Shown piece after piece: positions 34,467 through 43,485 of a DNA stretch of 64,000 nucleotides (positions are counted from its first letter, which is position 1; each line of letters starts with the position of its first letter). A program made the translations under genes and the position numbers. The notes beneath the pieces are model-generated. The model saw only the letters and a list, made by a program, of their open reading frames with translations. It was not told the origin of the DNA and did not search any database. Source of the stretch: an uncultured Rikenellaceae bacterium (GTDB taxonomy: Bacteria > Bacteroidota > Bacteroidia > Bacteroidales > VadinHA17); the NCBI GenBank assembly GCA_964638955.1, contig CAZWZQ010000006.1, positions 2,400-66,399 of the forward strand, given 5' to 3'.

Positions 34467-35831
34467 TTATTTATGTTTACTGCCCACCAATGCGTAAAAT
34501 ACAATATAAAGATAACAAATGATGGGGAGTATAAATGCATATCTTACTCCCATTCCGTCAGCCACAAGACCCATAAGCACAGGTATTACTGCTCCACCGA
34601 CAATCAACATATTTATCAGGCCGGAGGCCATACTGAGTTCTCCTTTATCGAGTCCGTCAACACCCAGAGCAAATATATTCGGGAACATAATGGAGTTAAA
34701 GAAGCCTATTGACAAGCCTAACCAGAGGATTACAGGTCCGTTAGCCAGCATAACAACAAGTAACAGTGTTGCTGCAATTAAGCCAAAGACTGCCAGAGAC
34801 CTGCTTGCATTGCCTCTTCCAAGCTGCATAGCCAGATAGTTTACCAGTGCTATTCCGGCAAATATTAATCCGTCGGTTATTTCATATCTGACAAACCATC
34901 CTACAAAGAGGGCCAGTCCCAATACCAGTATTGCATAAAGATATTTCTTTGATTTTTCGACGTTGGAAAGCATAAATGAACCATAAAGCCTTCCTACCAT
35001 TGCACCACCCCAGTACAGAGCTATCATTGCTGCGGCATCCGACTGTGCTATACTCAACGCTTCCTGGAAATATCTCTGGAGCATTGCTGCAGATCCTACC
35101 TCTGCACCAACATAAAAGAATATAGCAACTGCGCCAAGTATAACGTGAGGATATTTCCATACACTTTTTCGTTCCACACCCCTGGTAGGGATCACAGGCA
35201 GTTTGAGCAGATATACTGCAACTGCAATAATGATTACTATCACAGCTATTATCAGGAACGGTGTTGGCACTGATTCAGCAGCTTCGGACGGATTTAAAAC
35301 ATCAGCGACTTCGGCTGCACTCAAGGCAGATTCCGCTGCAGTTTTAAAGACAAATACACTTGCTATGATGGGAGCAATGTAAGTTGCAATTGAATTCAAA
35401 GCCTGAGTCAGGTTCAGTCTGCCTGATGCGGTCTCAGATGGTCCAAGTGCTGTTACATAAGGATTTGCGGCAACCTGGAGAAATACCACACCGCCTGCCA
35501 TAATAAATATGGCAAACAGAAAGAATGGAAAGGATAGAGCTTTGGCGGCAGGGAAGAATAGGAAACTTCCTGCTGCTACAAGCAGAAGACCAAGAATTAC
35601 CCCTCCTTTATAACCGATCCTTTTAATGATACCGCCGGCTGCAAAGGAGAGAACAAAATAGGTAAAGAAAAATGCACCATTTACCAGTTGGGCTTCAGCA
35701 TTTGACAGGTCAAAGACCGCCTTGAACTTGTCAGCCAGAGTAATGTTGAAAGTTGTTACGAACCCAAACAGGAAGAAAATCATCCCCATAAAGGCCATGC
35801 CTGCTGTTTGCGTTCTTTTCTGTTCTGTCAT
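34467..35831 (-). CDS. MFS sugar:H+ symporter, FucP/GluP type (second copy)
   Basis: 454 aa. N-terminus: FFLFGFVTTFNITLADKFKAVFDLSNAEAQL. It is a paralog of 31814-33022. Confidence 0.88.
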   Translation of the reverse strand: MTEQKRTQTAGMAFMGMIFFLFGFVTTFNITLADKFKAVFDLSNAEAQLVNGAFFFTYFVLSFAAGGIIKRIGYKGGVILGLLLVAAGSFLFFPAAKALSFPFFLFAIFIMAGGVVFLQVAANPYVTALGPSETASGRLNLTQALNSIATYIAPIIASVFVFKTAAESALSAAEVADVLNPSEAAESVPTPFLIIAVIVIIIAVAVYLLKLPVIPTRGVERKSVWKYPHVILGAVAIFFYVGAEVGSAAMLQRYFQEALSIAQSDAAAMIALYWGGAMVGRLYGSFMLSNVEKSKKYLYAILVLGLALFVGWFVRYEITDGLIFAGIALVNYLAMQLGRGNASRSLAVFGLIAATLLLVVMLANGPVILWLGLSIGFFNSIMFPNIFALGVDGLDKGELSMASGLINMLIVGGAVIPVLMGLVADGMGVRYAFILPIICYLYIVFYALVGSKHK

Positions 35832-35965
35832 CGTTAGAGTATTTGGTTAAACAAGTTATCTGATTCTTTTGGTGAAGGTAAAATTACATTTAAAGATCGA
35901 TTTTCAAACAGGTCAATTATAATAATTAAAGATATTTAAACAATTATCGTCATTTTGTGAATAAC

Positions 35966-35973
35966 TATATTTG
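35966..35973 (+). promoter_or_regulatory. Bacteroidota -7 promoter motif TATATTTG
   Basis: This exact match lies inside the track's 5' extension of truA, which argues for the downstream GTG start at 35987. Confidence 0.45.
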
Positions 35974-35986
35974 TAGAAATAAAAAG

Positions 35987-36742
35987 GTGAAGACACGATA
36001 CTTCATATTCATTTCCTTTAAAGGCACTTCCTATCATGGCTGGCAGGTACAGCCCGGTTCTGTAACAGTTCAGAAAACTCTGGATGCAGCTCTCTCCACG
36101 ATCCTTAATGAGAAAGTATCAACCACAGGTGCCGGGCGAACTGATACCGGGGTTCATGCACTGGTATTCTGTGCCCACTTTGAAAGCAGCCTGCCAGATC
36201 TTGCGGGTCGTAAGAACCTGATATTCAGACTAAATAAATTTCTGCCAAAGGATATCTCAGTATCCCGTATAGTAAAGGTCCGTGAAACTGACCACGCCAG
36301 ATTTAGTGCTGTTTCAAGGACCTACAGGTACTATATCTCCAGGAATAAGGATCCATTCCGGGAAGATTTTTCATGGTATGTACATGGTGATATCGATATA
36401 AATATTATGAATAAGGCTTGTAAATTACTTTTAAAACATACTGATTTTACAAGCTTCAGCCGGCTTCATTCAGGTGCTAAAACAAACCTGTGTAAAATAT
36501 TTTTTGCCGAATGGGAAAAAAAGAGTAACGATTTGATCTTAACTATAAGTGCTGACAGATTCCTCCGAAATATGGTAAGGGCAATTGCAGGTACCATGGT
36601 TGATATTGGCAGGGGAAAAACAAGCCTGTTGGAATTTGAAAAAATAATAAAGGCCGGAGACCGTGGCAGAGCAGGGAAATCGGCACCGGCGAAAGGATTA
36701 TTCCTTGAAGCTATTGAATATCCTCAGGAAATTTTTACTTAA
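35987..36742 (+). CDS. truA: tRNA pseudouridine(38-40) synthase
   Basis: Motifs: YFIFISFKGTSYHGWQVQ, GAGRTDTGVHA (catalytic Asp), FLRNMVR. The start is uncertain (GTG at 35987 versus GTG at 35957). Confidence 0.9.
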   Translation: MKTRYFIFISFKGTSYHGWQVQPGSVTVQKTLDAALSTILNEKVSTTGAGRTDTGVHALVFCAHFESSLPDLAGRKNLIFRLNKFLPKDISVSRIVKVRETDHARFSAVSRTYRYYISRNKDPFREDFSWYVHGDIDINIMNKACKLLLKHTDFTSFSRLHSGAKTNLCKIFFAEWEKKSNDLILTISADRFLRNMVRAIAGTMVDIGRGKTSLLEFEKIIKAGDRGRAGKSAPAKGLFLEAIEYPQEIFT

Positions 36743-36756
36743 AAACACCAGGAGTA

Positions 36757-37509
36757 TTACAGACTATCATCATTCCATATCTCCCAGGATCTTTCAGCCT
36801 GGGAACAAAGCATCTTCATTCCCGTAATGATTTTACAACCCCGCTCCTGCCCCATCTTTAGAAATGAGGTTATTTCGGGATTATAAACAAGGTCGAACAG
36901 GATATGGTTCTCATTCAGAAGGCTGTAGTCAATATCGGGTAAGGAGGTTATGTCAGGATACATTCCGAGAGGTGTAGTATTGACAATAATATCAGTCTTC
37001 CCTAACATTTCCGGACTGATCTGTTTATATGTAATGCAGCCGGGTTTGTCTGTCCTTGAAACAATTGTAATTTTCAATCCCATTTCGGCAAGAGCATAGC
37101 GTACAGCCCGCGAACTGCCTCCTGTACCGAGAATCAGTGCGCTTTTAATCCTGCTTTTAACAAATGAAATCAATGAATCCCTGATGCCGGTCACATCGCT
37201 GTTATAGCCGTAAATGCTTATTTGGCCAGCTATTCTTTTGATTTTCAGAACATTTATAGCTCCGATTTCTTTTATTTCGGGTCCTGTTTCATCAACATAT
37301 TTCAGTATTTCCGTTTTATATGGAATTGTAACGTTCAATCCGTAAAGTTCAGGATCTTTTGATATAAGATGTGGAAATCTGTCAAGGGTCTTCAGGGGAT
37401 AATTATTATATGAACAATCCGTAATATTTTCCCTGGTAAATTTCTCTGAAAAATATTTATGTGAGAAAGAATGACCCAGGGGATATCCAATAAGTCCGAA
37501 TTTCCTCAT
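36757..37509 (-). CDS. aroE: Shikimate dehydrogenase
   Basis: 250 aa. Motifs: FGLIGYPLGHSFS, NVTIPYK, GTGGSSRA, NTTPLGM. Confidence 0.92.
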   Translation of the reverse strand: MRKFGLIGYPLGHSFSHKYFSEKFTRENITDCSYNNYPLKTLDRFPHLISKDPELYGLNVTIPYKTEILKYVDETGPEIKEIGAINVLKIKRIAGQISIYGYNSDVTGIRDSLISFVKSRIKSALILGTGGSSRAVRYALAEMGLKITIVSRTDKPGCITYKQISPEMLGKTDIIVNTTPLGMYPDITSLPDIDYSLLNENHILFDLVYNPEITSFLKMGQERGCKIITGMKMLCSQAERSWEIWNDDSL

Positions 37510-37545
37510 ATTAGCTATGATTTAGCAGCTTTCACTGCTTACAGG

Positions 37546-38322
37546 TTACTTGCTTTGAAGATTATCCGGAAGGAACTGAAAGAAGGTATCTCCCCTGAGG
37601 CCCAGACGCAGCGATTCAAGAGGGATGATCTCTGTTGGAGCAATATTGCCCAGGTTAACATTAGCTCCAAAGTGCTTTATGAACCAGGCTTGCTGTGATT
37701 TCATAGGAGCCTCCCATATCACATTCTCAAGTTTGACATGTTCTGATATTGCATTTATTATGCTGTTATTAACTGATCCATTTTCATTATAAATGCCTGT
37801 TGTTCCTGATTCACGGGCTTCAGCAATTACTTTTACCGAACCTGCGTCAAGTTCAGCCTTCATCATCGCTACCCACTGGTCGGGAGTATAGACCACTTCT
37901 TTCTTTTTTGAGCCAACTTCTGATATAACCGTTCCTCTCCCGGAAAGCTCCCTTATATAATCAAGCTTCACTGAATGGTCAATGTCATAAGAACCGTCAG
38001 AAACCTCCACAAGATCAATTTCACATTCATCGAGGAATTTAACATAATCTTTGAACATATCCCTGACAATAAATGCTTCGAAGAGAGTACCTCCAAAATA
38101 GGGAACAACGCCTGCTTCCTTATAGATCTTTATCTTGTTCCTGAATCCTGGAGTTATCAGGGATGTTCCGAATCCCAGTTTTACATAATCGGTATAATCA
38201 CAACCGACGGACATAAAGTCTTCGGCTTCCCTGATACTGAGACCCTTATCCATGACCATTGTGAGTCCGTATTCTCTGGGTTTGGGAGGACGATCGGGTA
38301 AATAAGGCAGAACTGTTTTCAT
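37546..38322 (-). CDS. comA: Phosphosulfolactate synthase (ComA family)
   Basis: 258 aa. Sequence: PPKPREYGLTMVMDKGLSIREAEDFMSVGCDYTDYVKLGFGTSLI...GGTLFE.... It matches the ComA (PF02679) family pattern as I recall it. Confidence 0.8.
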   Translation of the reverse strand: MKTVLPYLPDRPPKPREYGLTMVMDKGLSIREAEDFMSVGCDYTDYVKLGFGTSLITPGFRNKIKIYKEAGVVPYFGGTLFEAFIVRDMFKDYVKFLDECEIDLVEVSDGSYDIDHSVKLDYIRELSGRGTVISEVGSKKKEVVYTPDQWVAMMKAELDAGSVKVIAEARESGTTGIYNENGSVNNSIINAISEHVKLENVIWEAPMKSQQAWFIKHFGANVNLGNIAPTEIIPLESLRLGLRGDTFFQFLPDNLQSK

Positions 38323-38431
38323 TTATAAAAATTTTATTAGCAGAATTTTAATGAATCTGCATATATTGTCTATTATAATTATATAGCAAGAACATGGAGG
38401 TGTTATATAGTATAATTATACCCGGAGATAA

Positions 38432-39844
38432 TCAAATAAGGTCATTCTTTTCCAGCAGCCTTATTATTCCGGATGTTAGCAGGCATGAAGGGAAAAAATC
38501 AATAAATTCCCTGTAAAGGTCCTTATCAGTTTCAACTGCCAGTTTCAAGTGGATCAGAGCCTTTTCAGGAGAATCCGTCCGCAGGTAAAATGAAGCCAGA
38601 AGGTAATTGATACCGGGAACATCTCCTATCACTTTATAGGCATGCTCAAAATAAAGGATTACCCTGGAAGCAAGGTTCTCCCTGATAATGATCATTCCCA
38701 GATCAGACCATACCTCTCCATAATAGGCATCCAGTTTCAGGGCTTCTCTGAAACACCTGAGTGCTTCTTTTTTTTCTCCTTTAGCATAATGGGCTTTACC
38801 AAGAAGGTACCAGAATTCAGGATTTTCATCATCAAGTTTGACAGCTTTTCTGAAAAATATAAGACTGTCATTTATATTTCCTGTATTGAGTTCTATAACT
38901 CCAAGGCCGAACCATGGATCACCAAATTCCGGAGCCAGTTCAATGGCATCATGATAATATTTCTTTGCCAGTGTAATCTCATCGATTTTTTCATAGCACT
39001 CTGCCAGATATGTCATTGCCTCTACACTGTCATTTTCAAATTCAAGATATTCAAGATAAACAGGTATCGCCTCTGAATATCGTTCAAGATTGTATAGAAT
39101 ATTGGCTTTATTGAAAAGAGCAAAAGAGTTCTGATCATTAATGGCCAGGGCATAATCATATGCTTCAATTGCCTTCACCGGCATTTCTATTTTATTATAG
39201 ATTATACCAAGATTATACCAGGCACTGTCGGAAAATGGCTCATCCTCAAGGTATTTCAGGTAATATTCAATGCTGCTATTAAAATCTTCAGTTTTCTCGT
39301 AAGCAAACGCGAGGTCGTATAGATGAGCTTTAAAATCCGGTTCTTTTTCAATCAGCTTATGCAGATATGGGATCAAATGCTCATAATAATTAAGATTTTG
39401 CAATACCGATACTATTGAGAACAGGATATTTTCAATTTCATCCGAATCGAGTTCCAGGGCATGATCGAACATTTTTTTGGCACCCTGGATATCACCAAGT
39501 ATACCCATGGCAGTCCCCTTGGCAATAAATATTTCATGGTTTCCGGGTTCAATATTTTCAAGCTTCCTGAGAATTTTAAGAGTTTCAACAGCTCTCCCCT
39601 TGTCGAGAAGCACTTTTGCTTTTCTCAGCTGTATTGAGACAGAATTCGGATGTTGTTTTGTTGCCAGCAATGCTGCCTCAAAAGCTTTATTAGAATTGTT
39701 ACTTTCTATATAATAATCTATAATTGACTCAAATTCAATGACATCAAAGAAAAAATTTTCATTATTGTTCCTCATTCTTTCGAACTTCAGAACAGCCTGT
39801 TTTATCTCATCCTCATAGTATAATCCATACTTTTCCTCTTCCAT
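38432..39844 (-). CDS. TPR-repeat protein
   Basis: About 470 aa with many 34-aa TPR-like units (…AIEAYDYALAINDQNSFALFNKA…, …ALRCFREALKLDAYYGEVW…). I prefer the ATG at 39844 over the GTG at 39862. Confidence 0.8.
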   Translation of the reverse strand: MEEEKYGLYYEDEIKQAVLKFERMRNNNENFFFDVIEFESIIDYYIESNNSNKAFEAALLATKQHPNSVSIQLRKAKVLLDKGRAVETLKILRKLENIEPGNHEIFIAKGTAMGILGDIQGAKKMFDHALELDSDEIENILFSIVSVLQNLNYYEHLIPYLHKLIEKEPDFKAHLYDLAFAYEKTEDFNSSIEYYLKYLEDEPFSDSAWYNLGIIYNKIEMPVKAIEAYDYALAINDQNSFALFNKANILYNLERYSEAIPVYLEYLEFENDSVEAMTYLAECYEKIDEITLAKKYYHDAIELAPEFGDPWFGLGVIELNTGNINDSLIFFRKAVKLDDENPEFWYLLGKAHYAKGEKKEALRCFREALKLDAYYGEVWSDLGMIIIRENLASRVILYFEHAYKVIGDVPGINYLLASFYLRTDSPEKALIHLKLAVETDKDLYREFIDFFPSCLLTSGIIRLLEKNDLI

Positions 39845-40098
39845 CACACCAAAATATTTCACAAAAATAATACTATTTTTTACATGAAGTTACCTGCCGG
39901 GAATCAATTATTAACAATCCGACATTTTTTCAAACATTTAATTTTCAGTATAATACAGCATTATTACAGGTTTTTTTACATTTTTTTATACCGACAACGC
40001 AACCTCCTGTGTCAAATATTCATCTTTCAGTTATAAAATGAGGAATTAATACCCTATACCCAATTTACCCTAGAATTAACCTAAATTCTACCTCAGAA

Positions 40099-40130
40099 GA
40101 ACCGGGAACCTTCCCGGTTTTTCATTTTAT
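40099..40130 (+). terminator. Orphan intrinsic terminator with no upstream + strand gene
   Basis: GAACCGGGA-ACCT-TCCCGGTT(T) forms an 8-9 bp stem with a tetraloop, followed by TTTCATTTTAT. The only upstream gene (38432-39844) is on the other strand and points away. Confidence 0.55.
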
Positions 40131-40228
40131 AGTTCTGATACTAAATTATTAATATCTTTACGTTTTATTAAGTCTATAACAGGTCAATATGAAACCTTGA
40201 TGTGACCATTAAAACAAATTATTAATTC

Positions 40229-41236
40229 ATGAAAAGGATATTTATAAGAATGATACAGTTTGCAGTTTCAGGAATGATCCTCATCTTAACCTGCATAACG
40301 GGATGTAAAAAAGAAAGCAATCCGATAGTCTACCCATATGGTACCTTTCCTGATTCTGTAATTAATCTGGATGGTATTAATTCTGCTTATGATGATTATA
40401 ATACTGATTGCTACCAGCTATATGGCGAATTATATATACTTTTCTCGAGTAACAGGGGCAGCTCAGGAGGTCAATTTGACTTTGAGCAGGGAACGATATT
40501 TTTCATTTTTGACCAGACTACCGGATTATTTGAATATGACAGTCACATATGCAACATACCGTTCCTTACCAGCCTTATAAATACGGCTAATACTGATGGT
40601 GATGATCTCGGTCCTTTCAGTTTCTTCAGCTCGGTTGACGGATATGAATATCTTATTACAGCCTCAGAAAACACCGATGGTGATCTTGATTTCTTCTATT
40701 TTAAAAACAGGCCTGTTTATGGTACGGCGATACCTGATATTTTTGGCCCCTACCCGGCCAATTTGCTTAATACATCAGCCAACGATGCATACATCTGTTT
40801 TGATTCAGACCAGGATTCAGCCTATTTTTCATCGGATATTGACGGCAATTTCGACATATATTTAAAAACCATACCTGCAGAAACTGAGATCGAGAACTGG
40901 TTAGAAGGTGATTACTCTGCATCAGAGAAAGTTGACAGTATAAACAGTATCAGCGAGGACAAATGTCCCCTTATTTTTAAGGACATAATGTTTTTTGCAT
41001 CTAACAGGCCGGGAGGTATGGGAGGATTTGATCTGTATTATTCCATATTCAGGAACGGGAAATGGAATTCTCCTGTTAATCTCGGTCCTGGTGTAAACAG
41101 TTCTTCTGACGAATTCCGTCCCAGGATATGGTATCATTACGACTTCACAAATTATTTTATGATTTTCTCTTCCGACAGACCGGGCGGAGAAGGAGGATAT
41201 GACCTCTATTTCACTGGTATCGAATTACCTGAATAA
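40229..41236 (+). CDS. Lipoprotein with TolB-like PD40 (WD40-like beta-propeller) repeats
   Basis: 335 aa. It has a lipobox ...LTCITGC and repeats FASNRPGGMGGFDLYYS and FSSDRPGGEGGYDLYF. Confidence 0.7.
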   Translation: MKRIFIRMIQFAVSGMILILTCITGCKKESNPIVYPYGTFPDSVINLDGINSAYDDYNTDCYQLYGELYILFSSNRGSSGGQFDFEQGTIFFIFDQTTGLFEYDSHICNIPFLTSLINTANTDGDDLGPFSFFSSVDGYEYLITASENTDGDLDFFYFKNRPVYGTAIPDIFGPYPANLLNTSANDAYICFDSDQDSAYFSSDIDGNFDIYLKTIPAETEIENWLEGDYSASEKVDSINSISEDKCPLIFKDIMFFASNRPGGMGGFDLYYSIFRNGKWNSPVNLGPGVNSSSDEFRPRIWYHYDFTNYFMIFSSDRPGGEGGYDLYFTGIELPE

Positions 41237-41260
41237 AGGTTAATTAAAGAATTAAACAGC

Positions 41261-42133
41261 TTATCTCCTGTTTTTTGCAGCAACCAGGGTATTTTTCAGC
41301 AGAGATACCCGTGTCATCGGGCCGACACCTCCTGGTACCGGTGTAATAAAGGAACATTTTGAGGCAACATTGTCAAAATCGACATCACCGGTTAGTCTCC
41401 ACCCTGTTTTGGTACCGGGGGCTTTAGTACGTGTAGTGCCCACATCAAAAACCACAGCTCCGTTCTTTACCATTTCGGCTTTGATAAAGCCCGGTGAACC
41501 CAAAGCAGCTATTATTATATCTGCTTCTTTTACAATATCTTCCAGGTTTTTTGTGCGGCTATGAACCACTGTTACAGTGGCATCCATTCCTTTCTGGGAA
41601 AGCAGAATACTTACCGGTCTGCCGACAATATTGCTTCTTCCTATTACCACACACTTCCTGCCAGAGGTTTCGATATTATACCTTTTTATAAGTTCAACTA
41701 TACCAAAAGGAGTTGCCGGCAGGAATCCGGAAAGTCCGATTACCATTTTCCCGATATTAACAGGATGAAAACCGTCAGCATCCTTTGAAGGATCAATAGA
41801 TTCAATGACATTGTTTTCATTTAAATGACCGGGTAAAGGCAGTTGAACAATAAATCCGTCGATATCATCATCATTGTTCAGTTCCTTTATCTTGTCAAGC
41901 AGCAGAGTTTCCGGAACATTTTCTTCAAATTTAATAAGTGTGGATATGAAGCCCACCTCCTCGCAATCTTTCATTTTGTTTGCCACATAGGTCTGGCTCG
42001 AAGGGTTAGTACCTACGAGGATAGTTGCCAGGTGAGGAGTTTTTTTCCCCTCGCTTTTAAGTTTTTTTACTTCATCAGCAATCTCGTGTCTGATTTCTGA
42101 TGCTGTTTTTTTGCCGTCTATTAATGTATACAT
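41261..42133 (-). CDS. folD: Bifunctional methylenetetrahydrofolate dehydrogenase/cyclohydrolase
   Basis: 290 aa. Motifs: [52 protein letters not shown]. Confidence 0.96.
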   Translation of the reverse strand: MYTLIDGKKTASEIRHEIADEVKKLKSEGKKTPHLATILVGTNPSSQTYVANKMKDCEEVGFISTLIKFEENVPETLLLDKIKELNNDDDIDGFIVQLPLPGHLNENNVIESIDPSKDADGFHPVNIGKMVIGLSGFLPATPFGIVELIKRYNIETSGRKCVVIGRSNIVGRPVSILLSQKGMDATVTVVHSRTKNLEDIVKEADIIIAALGSPGFIKAEMVKNGAVVFDVGTTRTKAPGTKTGWRLTGDVDFDNVASKCSFITPVPGGVGPMTRVSLLKNTLVAAKNRR

Positions 42134-42142
42134 TTCAGTGAA

Positions 42143-43465
42143 TTATCTTCTTCCCATCAGTCTGGCGGTATTCCCGCCGCTTTTTGTCATCATCTTCATC
42201 ATTTTCCGGGTTTCATCAAATTGCTTCACGAGTTTATTCACATCCTGAACGGATGTACCGCTGCCCATAGCAATTCTCTTTCGTCTGCTCCCGTTGAGAA
42301 TAACCGGATTTGTTCTTTCCTCAGGTGTCATACTTCTAATTATAGCCTCAATGCCCTTGAAAGCATTATCGTCAATATCAAGATCTTTGATTGCTTTACC
42401 TGCACCGGGGATCATTGCCATCAGGTCTTTCACATTACCCATTTTCTTTATCTGCTGGATCTGTGCAATAAAATCATTAAAATCGAACTGGTCTTTTGCA
42501 ATTTTTTTCTGAAGCTTCCTTGCCTCCTCCACATTATATTGTTCCTGGGCCTTTTCAACAAGGGAAACAATATCTCCCATTCCCAGTATTCTGTCGGCCA
42601 TACGTACCGGATAGAAGATATCAATTGCATCCATCTTTTCTCCGGTGCTCACAAACTTAACCGGTTTATCGACAACTGAACGTATTGAAAGGGCTGCTCC
42701 GCCCCGGGTGTCGCCGTCAAGTTTTGTAAGGACAACTCCGTCAAAATCGAGTCTGTCATTGAATTCCTTTGCAGTATTGACAGCATCCTGTCCTGTCATT
42801 GAATCAACCACAAAAAGTATTTCATGCGGATTTACTGCTGTTTTTATTGAGGATATCTCTTTCATCATTTCCTCGTCAACAGCCAGCCGGCCCGCTGTAT
42901 CGATGATAACCACATCGTATCCCTTTATTTTTGCCTCCCTGACAGAGTTTTTGGCTATCTGCACCGGATTCATGTTCCCGTCTTCGGTATATACAGGAAC
43001 CTCCACCTGGGTGCCGATTATCTTGAGCTGCTCAATAGCTGCAGGACGATAAACATCACCTGCCACGAGAATTGGTGTTTTTCCTTTTTTTGTTGCAACC
43101 CATTTGGCCAGTTTTCCACTGAATGTCGTTTTCCCTGATCCCTGGAGACCCGCGATAAGTATAATAGCAGGATTGTATTTTATGTTAATCTCGGTTTTGT
43201 CGCCTCCCATCAGCCCGGCCATTTCATCATGAACGATCTTAATCATCATCTGGGACGGGTTTACTGACTTCAGTACCTCCTGTCCCAACGCCTTGGTTTT
43301 AACCGTATCGGTGAACTGCTTCGCTGTCTTGAAGCTGACATCAGCATCTAGCAGGGCCCTGCGGACCTCCTTAAGTGTCTCGGCAATATTTATCTCCGAA
43401 ATTCTTCCCTGTCCCTTAAGTATCTTAAAGGATCTTTCCAGCCGTTCACTTAAATTCTCAAACAT
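42143..43465 (-). CDS. ffh: Signal recognition particle protein
   Basis: 440 aa. It has the N-G domain motifs GLQGSGKTT, DTAGR and TKLDGDTRGG, plus a Met-rich M domain. Confidence 0.97.
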   Translation of the reverse strand: MFENLSERLERSFKILKGQGRISEINIAETLKEVRRALLDADVSFKTAKQFTDTVKTKALGQEVLKSVNPSQMMIKIVHDEMAGLMGGDKTEINIKYNPAIILIAGLQGSGKTTFSGKLAKWVATKKGKTPILVAGDVYRPAAIEQLKIIGTQVEVPVYTEDGNMNPVQIAKNSVREAKIKGYDVVIIDTAGRLAVDEEMMKEISSIKTAVNPHEILFVVDSMTGQDAVNTAKEFNDRLDFDGVVLTKLDGDTRGGAALSIRSVVDKPVKFVSTGEKMDAIDIFYPVRMADRILGMGDIVSLVEKAQEQYNVEEARKLQKKIAKDQFDFNDFIAQIQQIKKMGNVKDLMAMIPGAGKAIKDLDIDDNAFKGIEAIIRSMTPEERTNPVILNGSRRKRIAMGSGTSVQDVNKLVKQFDETRKMMKMMTKSGGNTARLMGRR

Positions 43466-43485
43466 TTTTACAAAAGTTATTTACA

